64,000 nucleotides of DNA. It comes from an uncultured Clostridia bacterium (GTDB lineage: Bacteria > Bacillota > Clostridia > Christensenellales > CAG-917). Positions within the stretch are counted from its first letter, which is position 1. Each line of letters starts with the position of its first letter. Location of the stretch: contig CANDBZ010000001.1 of NCBI GenBank assembly GCA_947383095.1, positions 1,671 to 65,670 of the forward strand, in the 5' to 3' direction. The notes beneath the pieces are model-generated. The model was not told the origin of the DNA. It searched no databases and saw only the letters and a list, made by a program, of their open reading frames with translations. Below are positions 54,701-63,700 of this stretch, piece by piece. Made by a program: the position numbers and the translations under genes.

Positions 54701-57700
54701 GGATAACGGGTATCAAGCTTTTCGACGCAATACAGATTTTCCATGCTGGCGCGCGTATACTTGCGCTCTTGGTCGATCTGAACGTCATCATCCTCAAACG
54801 CCTCATCCTTGACGATTGTCGCTATCCTGTAGAGCACGGGAAGATCTATGCCGTAAACGCGCTTCGCGTCCGCATTGGTCTGCGCCTGTCTGCGCTGCAG
54901 CTCGTTGGCTTCGCTATACAGCACGAAGCTGTCCGTCAAGTTGCCTTGTCCGTCGAGAAGTCTTATATAGACGGGCACCGATTTGACGTTGTAATAGAAC
55001 GCCTTGCCCTCCGCAACTTTTTCGTCATAGAGCTTCTTCTCGTTCGCGCTCATCTGCGCCGTCAACTCGAAGGCGCCGTCCTCCGCGACGTAATACGAGC
55101 CGTTTGCGTCCGGCGTGACCTCGAAGCGGTACGGAGAAGCAGCCATGGTCTTGACGACCTCTTGTTGCTTCTTGATACGCTGCTCGAGCGTGACCTTGCC
55201 GTCGGTGACGTCGTCCATCGTCGGAATTCTGTCGACGATATCTTTTACGTTCGTATACGTATGCTTCGTCATGTCCGTAAATAGCGTAAGACTCGGTTTG
55301 TTGGCAAATTCCGCCTCGAATTGGATCGCGTCCTCGCCCATCACAAGCTCGAGTATCTTGTTGATATAATTGGGATTGACAAGCGCCTGCACGTATCTGG
55401 AGGTTATGCTGAAGCCGTACAGGAACGTCCTTATGTATCCTAGCAGGCTTTCATCCTTTATCAGCGGGAATATGTCGTCTTCGGCAGAATTCGCGTCGTC
55501 GGCAGCAAACATCGCTTCCGTCTCCTCGGAACCGATAATGCCGGAGAGCAATCCGCGCATAGTGGCGCTGTCGACGGATATGCTCGGCATGTTGAAATAG
55601 CTCAAGTCGATATAAATGCCGCCGCCCACGCGCTTAAACTCGCCGTAGGGATTGGGATAGCAATAGCTGGAGTCGTAAGAGTATCTTTCGCCCTTGTATT
55701 GCGTGCCCGTGATAGTCTTATAAAGTCCGTCCTTATCGCGGAAGTACGCGCCGTATTCCGTCTCGAAATAATGGTCGTATCTGTCGTCGGGATGGACGTA
55801 TTTTTCGTTAAGCTCGGTCTTTTCCGCATCCTTGAATTGAGTCTTTTCTTCTTCGGTCAACAGCTCGAACGTGCCGCTCAACATATAAATTCCCAGCAAA
55901 TCATGGAAATCGCTGTCGTTACCGCCCTTGGTCTGCAAAACTATCGAGAGGTTGAAGAAGCTAACCAGATCGGACAGCAGCTCGGACATATCGATGTTAT
56001 CCTTGTTTTCGATGATCTTGGCCAACAGCTCGAGAGTATCCCACAAAGACATCTCTCCGAAGAAGATATCGTCGTCGTCCGCGTATTTGACAAGCTGCGT
56101 GCGCGCATAATTGACAAGCGCCATGCTCTGCAGATCCATGTTTATGACGGCGCGGATCTGACGGTTTACGTCGCCGCCGTCATCCGCCTGCGAAATTATC
56201 TTTATAAGGTCTTCGGACTGCATCGACGGTATAAACGCGGCGATGATCTCGCTCAAGTCTATGTCGTTGTTCTCGCCCGTCTTGAAACTTGTGGTTATAT
56301 CGATGACCTCCGTCAGCTTTATGCGGTCAAGGTCGCCGAAGTTGGTGTACTGCGCAAGGTCTTCGCCGCCGAGCGAATAGTTTTTGGAATTTGTGAATTG
56401 CAAATCCATATCGCGTATGCCAAGCGTGAGCCCGAGGTTGAGGTCGTACTTTCCGCCGTCGCCGACAAAGCCGTTATTTGCCACCGCGCCCGCCTTAAAC
56501 AAGTAGATAACGTCTCCCGTTTGTATCGGATATATGGCGGAACCCATGTTTTCGCTGCCGCCGCCAGCGGGATTGTCAAGCATTTCGCGCAGATAGAACG
56601 TGCCCTTTTTGCCAACGTTCGGGTCAAAGAAAACCCTGTATTTGACGTACAGCTCGGTCTCGTCAAACTGCTCGTCGGGTCTTGCCACGCGGAAGTACGT
56701 GCCGTCCTCGCCGAGCACGTAATAACCGCGTTGAGTGGACTTGGTCATATTGTCGACCTGCACGCTCTGTCCCTGTCTTCTGAAGACAAAGTATCTGTTG
56801 TTGCTGTTGACGTCAAGCAAGCGGTTTCTTACGTGCTCCTCCGGAGTACTGTCGCGGGTATCCGTGACGGTCACGGGATTTGTATATCTGCCGCCGTCGA
56901 GACCGAGCCCGACCTTCGCCTCGAGGTCCAGGCCGTCGGAGGTATTGAGCTTGATTTGCAAATTGCCGTTTATCTCATCGTAGAACAGGTCCTTGATATC
57001 GAAGCCGAGCAAGCTTTCGGGGATATATTCCAACACCGTCTTGAACAGCTTGTCTCCCAACGCTATGGTAAACAAATCCTTGTTGAACAACAACGAGAGC
57101 GCAAGGTTCTTGTTGCTGAAATCCGCGTCGCCTATCGCTCCGGATACGCCGTCGGCAACGCTGCCGTCCGCAGCGCTTCCCGTAGCCGCCATAGCGTCCG
57201 TTGCCACGTCGGTTCTCCTGTTGTCGCCGCCCGCGACGAACACATCCGCCAGATCCGCGGGATCTTTGGGAAGTATCGCGTCTATGATATCCTTCACGTG
57301 CACGTCGTCTATGCGCATTCTCGGGATATTGAACATATCAAACAGGTCGATAAACACCGACGAGTTAACGTAGTAAATTCCCGCCCACTTGACGTCGTAT
57401 CCGCTTTCCGTCACAGAGTACAGCTCAAGCTTAAGCTCGGACGTCGAGAAGTCGCCTATGTCAAGCAACAGACCTACGTCAAGCCTGAAGTGCGCGGAGG
57501 ATTTGCCGTTTGACGTCGACGGAAGCTCTACCTTCACGCCCGCCACGTTGCCGAGTATGCCGCTTATGATCTCGCCGAAGTCGATCGTTCCTTCCGTCAT
57601 GCTGAAGTCAAGCTCGACGGAGAATCCGACGTTAATGATTGTATCGTAAAGCGGATTGCACTCCATATCGTCAAACTTGGCTTTGGTCTCTTCCGGCAAA

Positions 57701-60700
57701 TCGCTGCGATACTGTACAAGTATCGTCTTGCCGTTTTCGTCCTTGCTCTCGATGTTGTGCACCTTTTTGTCGTTGATGCAATCGGGCAACAGCTCGATGC
57801 CTGCGCCAAGGTCAAGGTCGAGTCTGCCCAACCTCAAGCCCATGCTCAAGCAGCCTGCGGTGAGGTCCAAGCCTATCATAAACTCTTCAAGGTTGCCGTA
57901 GTTGTTTACCGTGCGGTAATACTTGCCCTCGGGGTCCTTGACCCAGCCGTAAAGACGGGATTTGAGACCCGTAACGAGAATGTAATTGCCGTTGTAATTG
58001 ACGTATCTGCGATCGCCCTCCTCGTTTACGAAATAATCGGAGGTCTCGTCGCCCGTTTCCGAAGTATACAAATTGTACACGCGCAATGAGACGGGTGTGT
58101 CATAACCGTCGAGCTGCGCATAGTACACGTTGTTGCCGGAAATATCCTTTGCTTCCGCAACGCGACTTATCAAAGCGAATTCGACGCCGTTGTAAATATA
58201 GGTCTTGCCGTCCTCGTATTTGTCCGCAACGATTTGATTTCCCTCGTCGTCAAGCTTATATATCGTAGTATAGCTCGCTCTGAAATACTGCGGCTTGCCG
58301 TCCGCGCCGGTCGCCACGTAATACTTGTCAAGCTCAACGTCGACATAGGTGTTTGCATCCTCATAGAAGCTGTATTTCTCGTCCGCGTACTTGGAATCCG
58401 GCTTTTCTTCGTCGGTCGCAAGTCTGTCGATAAGTATATACGCGTCGTCGACCTTCACATAGGTCGCGCCCGCCGTATATTCGTCGACCTTCGTATACTC
58501 GCTGTCCGCGCCCTTTTCAAATATATCGGTCGTCTTTGCTCTGAACAGCTTCTGTTCTTCGCCTATGGTCGCGACATAATATACGTCTTTCTTTGTCTTT
58601 TCCCATTCCTCTCTTTCCGCGTCGTCTTTGATCTTGGATATTGGCGCATAGTCGACATTTCCGTATTCAAAGCCGAGCGTGAGCTGCAATACGTCGAACA
58701 CGTCCTCGATAGAGCCGAGGTCCGGGAACATCGTCGCAAACACAAACGCTATAAGAGAACGGGTTATTTGGATCTGGAACGCTTCGTCCGAATACACGAG
58801 CGCGGCGATAGCTGCCCGCGTCGACTGCTCGAGCGCTTGAGTATCGTCGTCCGCCGCGGACATAGCTTCTTTGCCGATTATGCCGCCGATATTGCCTATG
58901 ATATCCTTGACGGTATCCACAACGTCGTCGAGACGGGAATATGTTTCCGCGGTCCTGACGATTTCCGTCGCGTCGAAATAGAGCGAACCGCCGCTCAAAT
59001 ACAAGCCGCCCAAAACATGCAAATTGCCGTTTGAATATCTTGCAAAGTGACCGTCTTCGCCAACTTTCACAAATTCTATTGCGATCTCGAGATCCTTCAA
59101 ATCGCTGTTTGCAAGCGCGTCGCCTATGCTGCCGCCCGCAAGCAAGCCTCTCAAATCCAATTTCGCGAGATCGAGGTTTACAGCTACGTTAATGCCCACG
59201 CCGCCGTTAAACTCCGACTGCGCCTGCAACGCTATGATCATATCCCCGAACAGATTGCTGATAAGACCGCCCGCGTTGTAAGTTTCGATGCTGGAGCTGT
59301 TGAAATACACCAAACCGCCGACGCTGATATAAACGTTCTGGTCGGAATATTGCGTCACGCCTTTCTTTGCGAGGAAGGAGATCTTTTCGATCGGTACGTT
59401 GACGGTTGCGCCGTTGACGGTTTCCGTGACCGCAGTGCGCTTTTGCGTATAGCGCGGCGTGCCCGCCTCTACAGCGCCCTCGATAGCCACATAAACGTCG
59501 TTTTCACTGTCATAGACATAGTTGCCCTTAACGTCGTCTCTGGTATAGTCGAGATAATACGCGACCTCGTCAAGCGCGTCGTCGTTGCCCTCGGACTTTC
59601 TATAAGCCTTGGTGATATATCTGCGCGCATATGTTTTTTGTTTTCCGATATCCTCGCCTTCGTTTATCGCGCGGAATGCGCCGCCAACCTGAATATAACC
59701 GCCCTTCGCGTCCTCGATAAACGTATAATACACGGTGTTGGCAACCACCGCGTCCGTAGCGACGGACACATAGCTGTCGCCGTAGAAGCCGTTGTATATT
59801 TCAAGGATGTTCGTGATATAATCCGCAATGCTTATGAAGTCAAGTCTATCGGCGTCCTCGAGCAGGCTGGGAGAATTGTCAAGGCTGACGAGATCGATAT
59901 CGGCAGTCAAGCCAAGCGTGATGTCAAACGTGAAATTCTTGTCTCCGCTCGGGTCTTTCTTATTGGCAAGAGCCGCAAGAAGCTCGAGGGTCATCATGCT
60001 TTCAAACTTCTCGCCGTACTGTGCAAATCTGTCGTCGGACGGACGCAGGAACAAGCCTGAATTTTCGTCCAAAACCGTGACTTCGGTATCGGGAATGAAG
60101 CCGAAGAGCAAGGATACCAGATCCTTAATCATATTGGACTTGAAGAACAGGCCGAGATAGTCCAATCTGTTGAAATCGGGATCTACGTCCCAAGGCGTGC
60201 CTATAACGACAAGACCTTTGACGACCGAGTTGAGGAAGTCTACAAAGCTTGCCTTCTCTGCCGCGGGAGTGGCTTCCGCCTCGCCGCTTGCGGTCATCAC
60301 GCCTATTTTTGCAAGCAGATCCATGAGATCCATGCTCAATTTGGGACCGCCGACTCCGAGAGTGTCGAGATAGATATCGCCGTCGACAAGATACACGTTG
60401 ATCTTCTTCGTGCTGTCCGCGCCGTCTTCATACGTGAAATCTATCGTGAGCGCAACCTCCAAGGCGCTCAAAATCGTCTTGGTGTCGAGCTTGATGTTAT
60501 TCAGATCTATGTCGGAAAAATCCGCAAGTCCCAGCTTCTCCAAATCCAGACGCGCCTTTATATCGAGCATAAATCCGTCGTTGACAGCGTCGTCAAGCAT
60601 GAAGTTGAGTCCGAGATGTTGCAGCATTTCGGCAAGACTTATCTTTTGGCTTGTGTCAAAGTTGAGATCCTTATCCTCTTTTGTAATGCGGATGATGGGC

Positions 60701-63700
60701 AAGAGGATATCCTTGACGGCGTTCTGCACCGCGTCCATGCCGAGGATCGCGTTAAGCGTTTCGTCAAACGCAAATCCGTCGCGCACAAAGTGACCGTTGG
60801 GGTCGCGCACAAATCTGCCGTCGCTCGCGTTGAGACGGTATCTGCTGCCGTTGTAGGCCTCGAGGCGTTGCTCGTCCTCTATATAGAGATATGTCGCGCT
60901 CGTCTCATAATCGATGATAAGACTCAAGCCGACTTCTATCACGCGCAATTCGTCTCTGCGCTGGAAGTGGTCTTTATATTGAGGCATGCCTTGATGCAAT
61001 TCCTCGTCATATTCGACGTATTTGCCCGTAGCCTCGTCAAACACGTACACTCTGTCCGCCTTGTCGCCCGCGGCGATCAGATCTTTTTTGCTTATAGCTT
61101 CGTCGACGGTAGCGGAAATTTGTCTGTAAACGTCGTTATCCGTGCCCGTCGCAACCGCGGCGTCGCTCAATTTGACGCCGAGAGACAGCAGCTTGCTGTC
61201 GACGTTGACCGCCAAGCCCAACGCGGGACTGATCACGAAATCTATCGAAGCGGACAGACCGAGGTCAAATTTTTCAAGAATACTGCCTATATTTCTATCG
61301 AAATCAAGCGCATACAAGGTAGTTTCTTCTACGTCGACCGCCGCGACGCGCACCTTGACGTAGTTGTCGCCAACCGCCATATACGCTTCTTCCACGCCTT
61401 CGAGACTATTAAGCGCGGTTGCGTTGACGCTTGCTTTGCGATATTGCTTGACAAACGCGCCCGCTACGTCTTTTACAAACTCGCCGTCGTCCGTCTTCGT
61501 ATATCTCTCCGTATATGCGTCGGCAAACGCGTCCTCCGTGTCGATCTCAACGTAAACGTCTCCGCCGATTATTGCCGCGATGAGCCCGACAAGTACGTTT
61601 TGTGTGACCAGAACGCTCAATCTGCCGTCTGCGAGGCCGAGGAGAATATTCATTTGATCCTCCGCGGACAATTGCGCCGCGCCGTCCGTCGCCGCCGCCA
61701 TTGCTTCCGCGCTTGCATTGCTGTTGACCTTGCCCAGCAATCCCGCGACCTGCTTGCAAATAAGCTCCGCAATATTTGTGCCTTCTATATAGAACGGCTG
61801 CTCCGAAAGCCCTCCTAAATCTATATAAATATTAGGACCGCTTATATATATAGCAATAATATTATTATCAAGACCGTGTTCCTCGTCCTTGACTGCAAGC
61901 TCGAGAATTATCTTCGCGCTTGTCGGGTCGTTGACGGTGAGGTTCGCGCCGATCTTGAGAGAAAGCGGATATGTGATATTCTGCTTGAAATCGATATTCA
62001 TCTTGAAGCCGAGGTTTGCGACGATAAGGTCGAGATAATCCTCGAGACGGACGACCTCGTCCTGCTTCTTGATATTGATATCCACTCCCAGATTGGCGTT
62101 GAGCGAGATATTGTCGAAGTTGTCGAGTCCCGTATAATCCGCTTTGTTGAAATAATCGGGCACGACGTCTTCCTTCGTCCCCAATCCGAGACGGATATCG
62201 GAAACTTCGAGACCGAGCTTGATCGGATCGATTTTTAGTTGAAGCTTCGCGTTATATTTCCAAGCGAAAGCGAAATAGCTCTCGTCGCTGTTAAGCTTGA
62301 CAAACTCGTCAGGATCAACGTCCATGCCCTCGATAAGCATATTGAGAAGCATAGAAACAAGCTCCTCGGCAAAGTTCACCTTAATACCCGTGCCGTCGAA
62401 GGTAATGCTGCGCACGAATTTGCTTATCGTGCCGAACATCTCCTCGAGCACGCCGCCGGATTGCTCCGCCGATGCCGAAGCGTCGTTATTTCCGCCGCCT
62501 CCGAAGGAGGAAAGGTCGAGATTGGATACTGCTATGTGGAATTTATCCTTCAAATCGACATACGCCGTCGTCTTGCCCGTATCCTGATCGCTTATGGCGC
62601 GCAACGCCAACAGCAACGCGCTCGCGCGGTCCGTCGCGTTCATCGAGTCGATCGCCTCTATAGCGCCGGAGTAAAGCTCTACGGCTATATCGGAATGGCT
62701 CAATATGTAGTTTATGCTAAACATTTCCGTCGGCAGGTAGAGGTCGACGCCATTGTAATCATCGACATTGTCCGCGGTGATCACCACTTTTGCGTAATTA
62801 TCGCCTACCTTGACGTATGCCGCGCCTTTTTCGATACCGTCGACCTTGCTCAAAGCAATGCCTCCGCCTATGTATTGCTTGTTGTACAGATCGCCCTTAT
62901 AGGCGTTCTCTTTGCCGTTTACTATATCGTCGATCTCGGCTTGTGAAAGCTGTATGTATTTTGTGCCTTCGAGCCTGTAAATCTCGGCAAATTTGGTTAT
63001 ATCGGATTTGTCTACGGGTATAAATACCGCGTTCTGAATAAAGTCGATAGGAACGTTCGGATTGAGTCTCAACTTCAGAGCGATGCGGAAGCCGATATTC
63101 GCGCCCGCGGCTTGCGGTACGTTCAATTCCAACAACATGGATTGCAAGAAGTTGTTCATCGCCTTGTTGTCGCCGTTGAGGAAGGTCGATATCCAACGTC
63201 CGAGATCCCATTTCTCCGTGCCCGATTCCGCGCCGAGCGTAATAGTGCCCTTAACTTCGGCAAAAACGGACGGCAAAACAATATCGCCGTATTCGTTGAA
63301 CAGGGGCACTTCGGTATACAAGCCGTTGTCCGTAGCGGTCAGATAACTGCCCAAAGGCAAAGCGTCCTGTCCTTCGCGTCTGACCATTATTTCGTCGAGG
63401 CGCGAGCCTCCCGCCTTTATGCTTATATCCTTCGCATATACGGTCGCGCCGACCATTTCCTGATTTTCGGTATCCTTGACAAGCGCGTTGACGGTAAACA
63501 CTCTGCCGTCTCTCGCTTCGAGATTGGCCCATGCCACGTCGACCCATGCCGTCAGATCGCCCAGGTCTATGCCCGTCAGTTCAAATACCGCTTCCACAAG
63601 ACCTTTTATCACTCTTATCTGGAAATCCGTAGACGTGAGCGAAGCAATGAGCGAAAGCGCGAGCGCTTTCTTTGCGGTATCGTCCATCTCGTCGACGTCG

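Noticed and set aside
61816-61870. Strikingly AT-rich 55-nt patch inside the giant ORF, with TATAAT-like and TAGGAGGG strings on the coding strand
   Set aside because: It simply encodes the conserved junction NIIAIYISGPNIYIDLGG with A/T-rich Ile/Tyr/Asn codons. No ATG follows the SD-like string, so an internal promoter or start is not supported.
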